64,000 bases of DNA, taken from NCBI GenBank assembly GCA_964590195.1, contig CAZPWJ010000011.1, positions 5,835-69,834 of the forward strand. The letters run 5' to 3'. Made by a program: the position numbers and the translations under genes. Below the pieces are notes generated by a model that made no database searches, had not been told where the DNA came from, and worked only from the letters and a program-made list of their open reading frames with translations. The number at the start of each line of letters is the position of its first letter. Position 1 is the stretch's first letter. Below, piece by piece: positions 17,898 through 28,272 of this stretch. This DNA comes from an uncultured Rhodospirillaceae bacterium. Lineage in GTDB: Bacteria; Pseudomonadota; Alphaproteobacteria; GCA-2731375.

Positions 17898-18498
17898 ACC
17901 CGAGCGCAAGGTCGAGGTGATCGAGAAACGCACGGTCTTTCAAGGTTATTACCGGGTCGATGCCTACCGGCTGCGCCACAGCCTGTATCGAGGCGGCATG
18001 GGCGCCGAGATCAGCCGCGAGGTCTTGGAACGCGGCCATGCCGTTCTGGTACTGCCCTATGACCCGGTGCGCGACGAGCTGGTCATGATTGAGCAATTTC
18101 GTATTGGTCCCTTCGCGCGCGGTGATCAGCCATGGTGTCTCGAAGTGGTCGCCGGCATCATAGAGGACGGCGAGGACCTTGAGGACGTGGCGCGCCGGGA
18201 AGCCATGGAAGAAGCTGGCATCGAATTGAGCGAAATCACGCATGCCCTGGATTTCTATGCTTCCCCCGGCGCGGTAACGGAACAGATTTCCGTCTACTGC
18301 GCCCGGACGGATGCCTCCCTGGCCGGCGGCATTCATGGGATCGAGGCCGAAGGCGAGGATATCAAGGTTATCGTCATGCCATTCAAAGACGTCATGCAGG
18401 CCCTAGACGAGGCCAGGATCAGTGCCGGTCCCGTAATCATCGCCGTGCAATGGCTGGCCCTGCACCGCGAAGAGATCCGTCAGCGTTGGCTTGATTAA
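17890..18498 (+). CDS. nudF: NUDIX hydrolase (ADP-ribose pyrophosphatase-like)
   Basis: The Nudix box [23 protein letters not shown] fits GX5EX7REUXEEXGU. The ATG at 17890 overlaps the antiporter stop (ATGACTGA). Confidence 0.8.
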   Translation: MTEPERKVEVIEKRTVFQGYYRVDAYRLRHSLYRGGMGAEISREVLERGHAVLVLPYDPVRDELVMIEQFRIGPFARGDQPWCLEVVAGIIEDGEDLEDVARREAMEEAGIELSEITHALDFYASPGAVTEQISVYCARTDASLAGGIHGIEAEGEDIKVIVMPFKDVMQALDEARISAGPVIIAVQWLALHREEIRQRWLD

Positions 18499-18599
18499 TT
18501 AAACACAAAAAAAATGTTAATAAATTAGATTTACTTGTCCTACCTGGGCATAAAGCATAGTCTGCGGCCAAATCATATTAGCAGGTCGTGGAGTAGATC

Positions 18600-19610
18600 A
18601 TGGATATACGGCAGGGTTTTATCGAGAGCATCGGCAATACACCTTTAATTCGCCTGAAAAAGGCATCGGAACTGACAGGGTGCGAGATCCTGGGCAAGGC
18701 GGAATTTCTTAATCCGGGCGGCTCGGTCAAGGATCGGGCGGCCCTGGCTATTGTCAGCGCGGCGGAAGCCAGGGGCGATTTGCGACCGGGAGGCATTATC
18801 GTCGAAGGCACCGCCGGCAATACGGGTATCGGCCTGGCCCTAGTGGCCAATGCGCGGGGCTATCGAACGGTCATCGTTATCCCCGAGACCCAGACCAAGG
18901 AAAAGAAAGACATGCTGCGCATGTGCGGCGCCGACCTGCGCGAGGTACCCGCCCTGCCCTATCGGGACGACAACAACTACATCAAATATTCCGGGCGTCT
19001 GGCCGACGAAATCGCCGCGAACCATGCCGAAGGCGCGATTTGGGCCAACCAGTTCGATAACGTGGACAATCGCCAGGGCCACTACGACACCACGGGGCCG
19101 GAGATTTGGCGCCAGACGGACGGCAAGGTCGACGGGTTCATCTGCGCCGTGGGCTCGGGCGGCTCGCTCGCCGGTATTTCGCAATATCTTAGAGAACAGA
19201 ACCCCGCCATCACCATCGGCCTGGCCGACCCGCCCGGCGCGGCGCTGTACAACTACTATGCCAATGGCGAATTGAAGGCCGAGGGCTCCTCCATCACCGA
19301 AGGCATCGGCCAGGGCCGCATTACCGCCAACCTGGAAGGCCTGGCCATTGATGCGCCGTTTCAAATTCCGGACGAGGAATCCCTGCAAATCGCCTTTGAC
19401 CTGATTATCGAGGAAGGCCTGGTTTTGGGATCTTCCAGCGGCGTAAATGTCGCGGGCGCCATTCGTCTGGCGCAACAAATGGGGCCGGGCCATACAATTG
19501 TGACCTTGCTTTGTGATGGTGCCCAGCGCTATCAAAGCAAGATGTTCAATGTGCCTTTCCTGGAAGAGAAAGGCCTGCCCGTACCGAGCTGGATGGCCGG
19601 GACCGGGTGA
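18600..19610 (+). CDS. cysK: cysteine synthase / PLP-dependent CysK-CBS family enzyme
   Basis: 336 aa. GNTPLIRL, the PLP-lysine block NPGGSVKDRAAL, and GTAGNTGIGLA. Confidence 0.8.
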   Translation: MDIRQGFIESIGNTPLIRLKKASELTGCEILGKAEFLNPGGSVKDRAALAIVSAAEARGDLRPGGIIVEGTAGNTGIGLALVANARGYRTVIVIPETQTKEKKDMLRMCGADLREVPALPYRDDNNYIKYSGRLADEIAANHAEGAIWANQFDNVDNRQGHYDTTGPEIWRQTDGKVDGFICAVGSGGSLAGISQYLREQNPAITIGLADPPGAALYNYYANGELKAEGSSITEGIGQGRITANLEGLAIDAPFQIPDEESLQIAFDLIIEEGLVLGSSSGVNVAGAIRLAQQMGPGHTIVTLLCDGAQRYQSKMFNVPFLEEKGLPVPSWMAGTG

Positions 19611-19629
19611 TAACGCCAAAGAGGCCCGA

Positions 19630-20340
19630 ATGACCGAATTGCTGTTCCGCGACGACCCTTATGCCAAGGACTGCGAAGCCACCGTAACAGCCGTGAACGA
19701 CCGCGGCGGCATCGAATTGGACCGCACGGTGTTTTATCCCACGGGTGGCGGTCAGCCGGGCGATACGGGCGTTTTGCGCCTTGGTGATGGCAGCGAGATC
19801 ACGATCGCGACAACGGTCAAGGGCGATGGCCCGGATGATGTTGTCCATGTCGCCGCGGAAGGCCAAGACCTGCCCGCCGTCGGCACCTCGGTCACGGCCG
19901 CGATCGACTGGGATGTGCGCCACCGCCTGATGCGTATCCATACCTGCCTGCATCTGCTCTCCTCCGTCGTGGAATATCCGGTCACGGGCGGGCAGATCAG
20001 CGATGGCAAGGGCCGCCTGGACTTCGACATGCCCGAAATGACCGTGGAGAAGGAGGCCATTACCGCGCGTTTGAACGAACTGATCGCCGAGGGGCACCCG
20101 GTCAACGTGGGCTGGATCAGCGATGACGAACTGGCCGCCCAACCGGATCTGGTCAAAACCATGTCCGTGAAACCGCCCATGGGCCAGGGCCGGGTCCGCC
20201 TGATCGACGTTGATGGTTGCGATTTGCAGCCCTGCGGCGGCACCCATGTCGCCAACACCTCGGAAATCGGCGGCGTCAGGGTTCGCAAGATCGAGAAAAA
20301 GGGCCGGCAAAACCGACGCATATCAATCGAGTTTTCTTAA
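19630..20340 (+). CDS. alaX: alanyl-tRNA editing protein (AlaX-M type)
   Basis: I started at ATG 19630 (MTELLFRDDPY). It has YPTGGGQPGDTG, Zn motif HTCLHLL, and CGGTH. Confidence 0.8.
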   Translation: MTELLFRDDPYAKDCEATVTAVNDRGGIELDRTVFYPTGGGQPGDTGVLRLGDGSEITIATTVKGDGPDDVVHVAAEGQDLPAVGTSVTAAIDWDVRHRLMRIHTCLHLLSSVVEYPVTGGQISDGKGRLDFDMPEMTVEKEAITARLNELIAEGHPVNVGWISDDELAAQPDLVKTMSVKPPMGQGRVRLIDVDGCDLQPCGGTHVANTSEIGGVRVRKIEKKGRQNRRISIEFS

Positions 20341-20379
20341 ATATTATCAATAATATACTAACTTTTATTGAGGCCCAAG

Positions 20380-21216
20380 ATGAGCAATCTTTCCACCGTT
20401 TCGACCGCTTGGCTGGCCGACAATTTAGGCGGGGTCAAAGTTCTTGATGGCTCCTTCTATTTGCCGGCGGAAAACCGCGACGCGGATGCGGAATACGCCG
20501 CCGCCCATATTCCCGGTGCCCAGCGCTTTAACATCGATGTGGTCTGTGCCCCCGACAGCGGCCTGCCGCATATGTTTCCCGAAGCCGAGGCCTTCGCCGA
20601 TGCGGTGGGCGCTATGGGCATCGGCAACGACGACATGGTCGTAACCTACGACGGCGGCAAGTTGACGGGCGCCTGCCGGGTTTGGTGGATGTTCCGCGCC
20701 TTTGGCCATGCGAAAGTGGCGGTCCTGGATGGCGGCAGCACAAAATGGCGGGCCGAGGGCCGGGCCATGGAAGATACGGTTGCCGGGGTAACGCCCGCGC
20801 GTTTCAGCGCGAACTACCAACCCGACATGGTCCGTTCGGTGGAGCAGATGCTGGAGATGATCGAACGGGGTGATGCGCGGCAAATCATTGATGCCCGCGG
20901 CGCCGGACGCTTCGATGGCACCGCCGCCGAACCACGGGCGGGACTGCGTTCGGGCCACATGCCGGGTGCCTTCAATCTGCCCTACGACAAGCTGTTGAAC
21001 GATGACGGCACTTTGCGATCGGCTGATCAGCTGCGGGCGCTTTTCACCGAGGCGGGGGTGAATTTGGACGAACCCGTCGTAACCTCCTGTGGTTCGGGCG
21101 TCTCGGCGGCGGTTCTGCTGCTTGGCCTTGATGCCCTTGGCCACGAGGATAATACCCTCTACGACGGCAGCTGGTCCGAATGGGGCAGCCGCCAAGACAC
21201 ACCCATCGTCACCTGA
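20380..21216 (+). CDS. sseA: 3-mercaptopyruvate sulfurtransferase (tandem rhodanese)
   Basis: Two rhodanese domains. Active-site loop VVTSCGSGVSAA, and HIPGA in the N-terminal domain. Confidence 0.85.
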   Translation: MSNLSTVSTAWLADNLGGVKVLDGSFYLPAENRDADAEYAAAHIPGAQRFNIDVVCAPDSGLPHMFPEAEAFADAVGAMGIGNDDMVVTYDGGKLTGACRVWWMFRAFGHAKVAVLDGGSTKWRAEGRAMEDTVAGVTPARFSANYQPDMVRSVEQMLEMIERGDARQIIDARGAGRFDGTAAEPRAGLRSGHMPGAFNLPYDKLLNDDGTLRSADQLRALFTEAGVNLDEPVVTSCGSGVSAAVLLLGLDALGHEDNTLYDGSWSEWGSRQDTPIVT

Positions 21217-21226
21217 GGATAGCACC

Positions 21227-22216
21227 GTGAAACTGCGTAATTACCGGGGCACGGACGAAGCGGCGGTGGTCGATTTATGGCAACGCTGCGATCTGATGCG
21301 AAACCCTCTGAACGACGCCCGCAGGGACATCGCCTTTTGCCTCTCCGGTGGGCATGGGGAAATCCTGGTTCTTGAGGACGTGGAGAATGGCGGCGAAATC
21401 GTGGCCACGGCGATGATTGGCCAGGACGGCCATCGCGGCTGGATCTACTATGTGGCGGTGAATCCCGCGCGCCAGGGCCAAAATCTGGGCCGGCGCATCG
21501 TGGCGGCGGCGGAGGAGCGGCTGAAGGCCAGCGGCGTGCCCAAGGTGCAGTTGCTGGTCCGGGGCAGCAACAGCCAAGTGGTCGGGTTCTATCAGCGCCT
21601 GGGCTATATGGTGGACCCCGCCAACCTGATGAGCCGGCGTCTGGACGGCAACCCCTTGCCCGTTGGCCATCAAATGGACGACGAACAGGTCGTCGTAACC
21701 TATCTGGAAATGCTGGAACGAGGCTCCCTGCCCCATGTCGTGCCAAAGACGCGTAATCATGCCCTGATCGGGGCTCATGACATCACGGTAAGTTTTTACC
21801 GCTACCTCTATGACGCCGTGGGCCGGCCTTGGTATTGGACCGACCGCAAAAAACTCTCGGACGAGGAACTGGCCGCGATCATTCAGGATGAAGCGGTGGA
21901 GACATATGTCCTATACGTGGGCGGCGTACCGGCGGGCTTTTATGAACTGGATTTCCGCTCCCTGCCTGCGACCGCCGAACTGGCCTATTTCGGCATTATG
22001 CCGGAATTTATCGGAATGGGCCTGGGCCCCTATTTGCTGGGCCAGGCGCTGGATATGTTGTGGCATAACGAACCCAAACGCGTGCTGGTCAACACCTGCA
22101 CCCTGGACCACCCCAAGGCCCTGCCGCTCTACCAACGCTTCGGCTTCCGCCCCTACGACCAGCAAAAAGTAGCCGCGCCATGGCAGGATGCCAATAACGT
22201 GCTGGATTTCGCCTAA
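21227..22216 (+). CDS. GNAT family N-acetyltransferase (two GNAT-like modules)
   Basis: I chose the GTG start at 21227, just after the sseA stop. Acetyl-CoA loop patterns are VAVNPARQGQNLGRRIV and MPEFIGMGLGPYLL. Confidence 0.7.
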   Translation: MKLRNYRGTDEAAVVDLWQRCDLMRNPLNDARRDIAFCLSGGHGEILVLEDVENGGEIVATAMIGQDGHRGWIYYVAVNPARQGQNLGRRIVAAAEERLKASGVPKVQLLVRGSNSQVVGFYQRLGYMVDPANLMSRRLDGNPLPVGHQMDDEQVVVTYLEMLERGSLPHVVPKTRNHALIGAHDITVSFYRYLYDAVGRPWYWTDRKKLSDEELAAIIQDEAVETYVLYVGGVPAGFYELDFRSLPATAELAYFGIMPEFIGMGLGPYLLGQALDMLWHNEPKRVLVNTCTLDHPKALPLYQRFGFRPYDQQKVAAPWQDANNVLDFA

Positions 22217-22222
22217 CCTATT

Positions 22223-23014
22223 CTAGTGCGATAAAATCTGGCTCAGGAAAAGCTGGGTGCGGTCGGATTTCGGGTTGTTGAAGAATTCTTCCGGCTCGTT
22301 CTGCTCCACGATCTCACCCTGATCCATGAAGATCACCCGGTTGGCGACCTTGCGCGCGAAGCCCATTTCGTGGGTCACACAGATCATGGTCATGCCCTCT
22401 TCGGCCAGATGGATCATTACCTCCAGCACTTCCTTGATCATTTCCGGATCAAGGGCCGAAGTGGGCTCGTCAAACAGCATGATGCGCGGGTTCATGCACA
22501 ATGAACGCGCGATGGCCACGCGCTGTTGTTGCCCGCCCGACAGCTGGCCCGGAAACTTGTCGGCCTGTTCGGGAATTCGCACGGTTTCCAGGAACCGCAT
22601 GCCGATCTCCTCGGCCTCGGACTTGGGCATTTTGCGCACCCAGATCGGCGCCAGGGTGCAGTTTTCCAGCACCGTGAGATGGGGAAACAGATTGAAATGC
22701 TGAAACACCATGCCGACTTCCCGGCGCACGGTGTCGATGTTTTTCAGGTCGTTGGTCAGCTCCACATTATCAACAAAGATCTGTCCCTGCTGATGTTCCT
22801 CCAGGCGGTTGATGCAACGGATCAAGGTTGATTTACCTGAACCCGAAGGGCCGCAGACAACAATGCGTTCGCCCTGGTTGACGGTCAGATTGATGTCCTT
22901 GAGAACATGAAATGAACCGTACCATTTGTGCATGCCGGTAATTTGAATGGCGACCTCGTCCGAGATCTTCATTCTTGATTGATCAACATCGATATCCGTT
23001 GCGCTATCGCTCAT
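22223..23014 (-). CDS. aapP: general L-amino acid ABC transporter, ATP-binding protein
   Basis: Walker [10 protein letters not shown], signature [13 protein letters not shown], Walker [11 protein letters not shown]. It is the last gene of the aapJQMP-like operon. Confidence 0.9.
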   Translation of the reverse strand: MSDSATDIDVDQSRMKISDEVAIQITGMHKWYGSFHVLKDINLTVNQGERIVVCGPSGSGKSTLIRCINRLEEHQQGQIFVDNVELTNDLKNIDTVRREVGMVFQHFNLFPHLTVLENCTLAPIWVRKMPKSEAEEIGMRFLETVRIPEQADKFPGQLSGGQQQRVAIARSLCMNPRIMLFDEPTSALDPEMIKEVLEVMIHLAEEGMTMICVTHEMGFARKVANRVIFMDQGEIVEQNEPEEFFNNPKSDRTQLFLSQILSH

Positions 23015-23050
23015 GAGGTATCTCTCTTTCCCTGGCCTATAAGTGGCCGC

Positions 23051-24376
23051 TTAATGACCAGTGTGGAGTTTGCGTTCGAGGTACATGGAATACCGCGACA
23101 TGGAGAAGCAGAACATGAAGAAGACGAAGCCGCAGAAGAAATAGCCTTCCTTGGAAAGACCAATCCACTGGGCATCGGTGACCGCCAACTGCACCATGGT
23201 CAGAAGGTCATTCAAGCCGACGATCTGCACCAGCGTGGTATCCTTGAAAATACCGATAAACAGCGAGACGATCGCCGGGATCATGATGCGCAGGGCCTGC
23301 GGCAGAATAATCAGGCGCATCATCTTCCAATATCCCAATCCAAGGGCATCCGCCGCTTCGTACTGCCCCTTGGGCAGAGCCTGCAGGCCGCCGCGCACCA
23401 CCTCGGCCGTATAGGCCGCGATGAAGATCGTCACCCCGATCAGCACACGCAGCAACTGATCGAAAGTGGTACCCGGCGGCAGGAACAGCGGCAGTACCAC
23501 CAATGCCATGAACAGGATGGTGATCATGGGAACGGACCGGAAGAATTCGATCACCAAGACACAGAACCAGCGGATAATCGGCATCTGGCTGCGCCGGCCC
23601 AAGGCCAGGGCGACCCCCAGCGGCAAAGCCCCCGTTATCGCCACCGATGATATGATAATGGTCAAAACCAGGCCGCCCCATTTGGAATTGTCCACATGGG
23701 GCATGCCTAGGACACCGCCCGAGAACATAAAGAAGGCAATGACGGGGAATGGGATCAGCAGGAACATGGCGACCCGGCCCCGATGGGGCAGACCATCCGT
23801 CAGCATATAGATGATCAGCAGCAGGCCGACACCGATCACCACGGTCGGCCGCCAGCGTTCCGATTTGGGGTAGAAGCCATAGATGAACTGGTCGAAACGA
23901 ACCCCGACGAAGACCCAGCAGGCGCCCTCTATGATGACGTCTTTCTCGACCACCACCTTGGCGTATTCCCGGCCCTTGGCCCGGACCACGCCTTCCACCA
24001 TGCGCCGTTCCCAGCGCACGTTGGGGGTCACCCCTTCGGGGACGACAATACGGTCGGCCGAGGTCGTCACTTCCATGGTGCTGCCGTCGGGCATGATGCC
24101 CTTGGTGGCGACCTGATCGCGGATGATCTTTACATTCGGTTTGCAGGCCTTGCGGCTGTCACCGACGAAATGGGCATCCAGCAAGGACCAATTGATGATC
24201 GGCGGTATTACGAAATACAGCCCGACCAACGCCACCACCGTCATGGCACCGTTGAACCAGTCCGGCATCAAATTGTTCCGCACCCAGCCGATTATACCAA
24301 CCGTGCTGGCGGGCGGCGGCAGGTCCGGCTTCGGCACGAAGACCGGTTCGGTTACGCCAAAATCTGTCCGGCTCAT
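23051..24376 (-). CDS. aapM: amino acid ABC transporter permease
   Basis: The ATG at 24376 is preceded by GGAGG. The long N-terminal extension plus the His/Glu/Gln/Arg-type permease core (EAADALGL...ILPQAL) is typical of AapM. Confidence 0.85.
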   Translation of the reverse strand: MSRTDFGVTEPVFVPKPDLPPPASTVGIIGWVRNNLMPDWFNGAMTVVALVGLYFVIPPIINWSLLDAHFVGDSRKACKPNVKIIRDQVATKGIMPDGSTMEVTTSADRIVVPEGVTPNVRWERRMVEGVVRAKGREYAKVVVEKDVIIEGACWVFVGVRFDQFIYGFYPKSERWRPTVVIGVGLLLIIYMLTDGLPHRGRVAMFLLIPFPVIAFFMFSGGVLGMPHVDNSKWGGLVLTIIISSVAITGALPLGVALALGRRSQMPIIRWFCVLVIEFFRSVPMITILFMALVVLPLFLPPGTTFDQLLRVLIGVTIFIAAYTAEVVRGGLQALPKGQYEAADALGLGYWKMMRLIILPQALRIMIPAIVSLFIGIFKDTTLVQIVGLNDLLTMVQLAVTDAQWIGLSKEGYFFCGFVFFMFCFSMSRYSMYLERKLHTGH

Positions 24377-24380
24377 GGCG

Positions 24381-25571
24381 TCACCTCCCCACCAATGCGA
24401 CACGCGCATTGTACCAATTCATGACGCCCGAGATACTCAACGATATGATGCAGTAGGTGCCCATCACCATGGCGATACATTCAAGGGCCTGTCCCGATTG
24501 ATTCAAAACCGTTCCGGCCCAGACCTGGGTCATTTCCGGATAACCAATGGCCGGCGCCAGCGAAGAGTTCTTCACCAGGTTCAGATATTGCGAAATCAAC
24601 GGCGGGATGATGATCCGCATGGCCTGGGGGATAACGACCAGCCGCAGGGTCGTGCTGGGCTTGATGCCCAGGGCATGGGCCGCTTCCGTCTGCCCGTGTG
24701 AAACCGCCTGAATGCCGGCCCGGACAATTTCACCAATGAAGGCGGCGGTATAGATGGTCAAGGCCAGCAACAAGGCCAGGAATTCGGGAATGATCACCGA
24801 ACCGCCTTTGAAGCCAAAGCCTTGCAGGCGCGGCAGGCTCCACGTCCAGGGCAACCCCGTCACCAGTGCGGCGATAATGGGCAGGCCAAAGATTAGGCCC
24901 AAGCCGACCCAGATGGTCGGAAAACCCTGGCCGGTCGCATCACGGCGGCGCTTGACCCAGGCGCGCAAAATGAATGTCGCGACGACCCCCACAAGAAAGG
25001 CGATGGGTATCGCCATAAAGCCGGATTCGGCCTGCATAGCAGGGTAAAAGATGCCCCGGTTATTAACGAATACATTGTCAAAAATAATGATCGAACTGCG
25101 CTGTTGCGGCATCAATTGCAGCACGCCGATATACCAGAACAGTATCTGCAACAGCAGCGGGATATTGCGAAATGTTTCCAGGTAAATAGCGGCGATGCGC
25201 GAAATCAGATAGTTCTTGGACAGGCGCATGACGCCCAGGGTAAAGCCAAGAATGGTGGCCAGAATAATGCCCACGAAAGACACGAATAATGTATTCAAGA
25301 CACCAAGAATAAATACCGTCCGATAGGGCGAAGCCTCGGAATATTCGATCAGCGAAAACGGCACCCCGAATCCGGCCGGATGATTGAGGAATTCGAAACC
25401 GCTGGCGATGCCCCGCTGTTCCAGGTTATCCAGTGTGTTCACGGTCAACCAGGCGAAAAATATCACCACGGCGCCGGCCATTATGACTTGATAGATAATC
25501 GCGCGCACACGCGCGTCATAAAGGAACGAGGCCTTCCCGGGTTTCACCCCACCTTCGGCTACGGCCATCAC
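24381..25571 (-). CDS. aapQ: amino acid ABC transporter permease
   Basis: 396 aa. Permease EAA-like loop (TEAAHALGI...VIPQAMR). Its position is between aapJ and aapM. Confidence 0.85.
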   Translation of the reverse strand: MMAVAEGGVKPGKASFLYDARVRAIIYQVIMAGAVVIFFAWLTVNTLDNLEQRGIASGFEFLNHPAGFGVPFSLIEYSEASPYRTVFILGVLNTLFVSFVGIILATILGFTLGVMRLSKNYLISRIAAIYLETFRNIPLLLQILFWYIGVLQLMPQQRSSIIIFDNVFVNNRGIFYPAMQAESGFMAIPIAFLVGVVATFILRAWVKRRRDATGQGFPTIWVGLGLIFGLPIIAALVTGLPWTWSLPRLQGFGFKGGSVIIPEFLALLLALTIYTAAFIGEIVRAGIQAVSHGQTEAAHALGIKPSTTLRLVVIPQAMRIIIPPLISQYLNLVKNSSLAPAIGYPEMTQVWAGTVLNQSGQALECIAMVMGTYCIISLSISGVMNWYNARVALVGR

Positions 25572-25675
25572 ACCCCCCGTTGCCTGACAATTGCACAGTC
25601 GTAGAACTCGATTACAGCTCGGATAGCCTGCCTTGAACGGCTTAATTTTCCGCCGAGCGCATCTGTTCAGAAATA

Positions 25676-25740
25676 GAAAAACCGTCCGATGCGGCGCGCC
25701 CGACCCAATATAGGGCGGGACGCGCCAACATCTAGACGGT
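25676..25740 (-). terminator. long imperfect stem-loop with T-run between aapJ and aapQ (intra-operon attenuator/terminator)
   Basis: The minus-strand transcript reads CCGTC-...GGCGCG-TCCCGCCC-tatatt-GGGTCGGG-CGCGCC...-GACGG followed by TTTTT. It lies about 55 nt after the aapJ stop. Confidence 0.55.
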
Positions 25741-25792
25741 TCTCAAAGCCTTGATCATGAAATTCTGACCAAAACAGTGATCAAACCAGCGA

Positions 25793-26809
25793 TCAACGGA
25801 ACGGCGCTGAATAAAGGATACCACCCTTGTTCCAGGCCGCATTGACGCCACGGGTCAGACCGATCGGCGTATTCGGACCGATGTTGCGCTCATAACTTTC
25901 GCCATAATTGCCGACCTGCTTGATGATATTCAAAGCCCAGTCGTTGGGCAGGCCCAGACGCGCACCATACTCACCTTCCAAGCCCAGCAGACGCTTCACT
26001 TCGGGATCGTTGGTCGAGCCCTTCATGCTATCCACGTTAGCTGATGTCAGGCCTTTTTCCTCGGCAATGATCAAGACATTCAAGGTCCAGCGGACAACAT
26101 CGCCCCACTGGTTATCGCCATGACGGACCAAGGGACCCAGGGGCTCTTTCGAAATCACCTCGGGCAGGACCACGTGGGCGTCCGGGTTCGGCATCTGCGA
26201 ACGTTGGGCAGCCAGACCTGAACGGTCAGTGGTGTAGGCATCGCAACGGCCAGCAATGTAACCGGCGCGGATTTCATCGGATTTTTCGAAAACCACCGGC
26301 ACATATTTCATATTGTTGGCGCGGAAGTAATCACCCAGGTTCAATTCCGTGGTGGAACCGGTCGCGACGCAAACCGTGGCGCCGTCGAGTTCCAATGCGG
26401 ATTTGACGCCAAGATCCTTGCGAACCATGAAGCCCTGGCCGTCATAGAAGTTGACGCCGGCAAACTCAAAGCCAAGCTTCACGTCCCGGTCAAAGGTCCA
26501 GGTGGTGTTCCGCGACAGCATGTCCACTTCGCCGGACTGCAAGGTCGGAAAACGGCTTTTGCCCGTGGTCGGCACGAATTTGACTTTCTTGGCATCGCCA
26601 AGGACGCCGGCGGCAACGGCGCGGCAGATATCCACGTCAAAGCCTGCCCATTCGCCCTTGTCATTGGGCGCCGCGAAACCGGCCAGGCCCGTGGTGACGC
26701 CGCAAATCAGCTCCCCACGTTTCTTGATGTCATCCACCATGCCGGCAGAGGCCGCCGTGGCGAACATCGCCGCACCGACACCTAGTGTCAGAATTGCTGT
26801 GTTTTTCAT
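25793..26809 (-). CDS. aapJ: general L-amino acid ABC transporter substrate-binding protein
   Basis: I started at ATG 26809 (MKNTAILTLGVGAAMFATAASAG signal peptide). It has a family-3 solute-binding layout and is the first gene of the operon. Confidence 0.85.
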   Translation of the reverse strand: MKNTAILTLGVGAAMFATAASAGMVDDIKKRGELICGVTTGLAGFAAPNDKGEWAGFDVDICRAVAAGVLGDAKKVKFVPTTGKSRFPTLQSGEVDMLSRNTTWTFDRDVKLGFEFAGVNFYDGQGFMVRKDLGVKSALELDGATVCVATGSTTELNLGDYFRANNMKYVPVVFEKSDEIRAGYIAGRCDAYTTDRSGLAAQRSQMPNPDAHVVLPEVISKEPLGPLVRHGDNQWGDVVRWTLNVLIIAEEKGLTSANVDSMKGSTNDPEVKRLLGLEGEYGARLGLPNDWALNIIKQVGNYGESYERNIGPNTPIGLTRGVNAAWNKGGILYSAPFR

Positions 26810-27082
26810 TGATTGATCTTCCCTGTTATCAATGTTGTTACGTACACACTCTCTAATCGGAGCTTGAAACAAAAACTCCAAATTCTGTTTCATGCCACGC
26901 CCTATACTTCAACGACATAGGCGCAAGCTTAACGGACGGTAACAAACAATCAGGCGTGCGACAACCAGATACAATAAGCGCGGTGATAAATAAATTAGCG
27001 CCGCAATGGCCGGGATGGCATTATGCCTTTCACGCCATCCAGGTCTCTTGCCCTCCCCCGCAAATGATTGAGAATTGTACCC

Positions 27083-28258
27083 ATGAAAGACGAAACGAAA
27101 TTGGTCACGGCCGGCCGCGACCCGGAGAACAACCTTGGCATTGTTAATCCTCCGGTCTACCACGCATCCACGGTGCTTTATCCAACCGTGGCCGCACTTG
27201 ATGCTTCGAGGGCGCGGCGCGAAAAGGGCGAGCGGGGCGTCTATTATGGCCGTGCGGGAACGCCCACCACATTCTCGCTGGAAGACATGGTCTGCGCCGT
27301 CGAGGGCGGACACCGGGCCATGGTCTACCCATCAGGCCTGGCCGCCATCGTCGCCTCGCTAATGTCCTTCGTCGAAGCCGGCGACCATATTCTGATGGTG
27401 GACAGCGTCTATGGCCCGACGCGGCGCTTTTGCAACACCCTGGCCAAACGGATCAATGTCGACACCACCTTTTATGACCCCGCCATCGGCGCCGGCATCG
27501 CCGACCTGATCCAGGACAACACCAAAGTCGTCTATGTGGAGGCGCCGGGTTCACAGACCTTCGTGATGCAGGATATCCCGGCCATAGCCGAGGCCGCGCA
27601 CGCCAGGGGCTGCACCGTCTTGATGGACAACACCTGGGCCTCGCCATTGTATTGCAAGCCGTTCACCCTGGGCGTGGATGTCTCGATCCAGGCCGGCACC
27701 AAGTATATCGTCGGCCATTCCGACGTCATGATCGGCACCGCCTGCGCCAACGAAGCGGCTTGGCCAGAGCTTGAGGTGACCTCGCGCATGCTGGGTCACA
27801 CCGCCGGGCCGGACGATGTATATCTGGCCCAGCGCGGCATGCGGACCCTGTCGGTACGCCTGAAACAGCACTGGGAAAATGGCCTGAAGGTGGCTGAATG
27901 GCTAAAGGACCAGGACATGGTCGAATGCGTCATGCACCCTGCCCTGCCGGAAGATCCGGGCCACGAGTTGTGGAAGCGCGACTTCCTCGGCGCCTCCGGC
28001 CTATTCGGCACCACGTTGAAGCCTTGTCCGCGGGCTGCTTTGGGCGCCTTGATCGATGATCTGGAACTGTTCGGCATGGGCGCCTCATGGGGCGGTTATG
28101 AAAGCCTGATCCTGCCGCAGGATCCCAACTCCATGCGTTCGGTCACGCCCTGGCCTTATGAAGGCCCGTGCCTGCGTTTCCACATCGGCCTGGAAGATCC
28201 CGACGACCTGATCGCCGATCTGGACGCGGGCTTCAAACGCATGAACGCGGCATTGTAA
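27083..28258 (+). CDS. metC: cystathionine beta-lyase (Cys/Met-metabolism PLP enzyme)
   Basis: I started at ATG 27083 (MKDETKLVTAGR). It has YGRAGTPT and the PLP-lysine block AGTKYIVGHSD. Confidence 0.8.
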   Translation: MKDETKLVTAGRDPENNLGIVNPPVYHASTVLYPTVAALDASRARREKGERGVYYGRAGTPTTFSLEDMVCAVEGGHRAMVYPSGLAAIVASLMSFVEAGDHILMVDSVYGPTRRFCNTLAKRINVDTTFYDPAIGAGIADLIQDNTKVVYVEAPGSQTFVMQDIPAIAEAAHARGCTVLMDNTWASPLYCKPFTLGVDVSIQAGTKYIVGHSDVMIGTACANEAAWPELEVTSRMLGHTAGPDDVYLAQRGMRTLSVRLKQHWENGLKVAEWLKDQDMVECVMHPALPEDPGHELWKRDFLGASGLFGTTLKPCPRAALGALIDDLELFGMGASWGGYESLILPQDPNSMRSVTPWPYEGPCLRFHIGLEDPDDLIADLDAGFKRMNAAL

Positions 28259-28272
28259 AAGGATCGGGCACC

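Noticed and set aside
26810-27082. Possible SAM riboswitch upstream of metC (hairpin GGATGGC...GCCATCC around 27012-27039)
   Set aside because: The sequence does not match the SAM-II or SAM-V consensus as I remember it. A single 7-bp hairpin in a divergent promoter region is not sufficient evidence. An Rfam scan would settle it.
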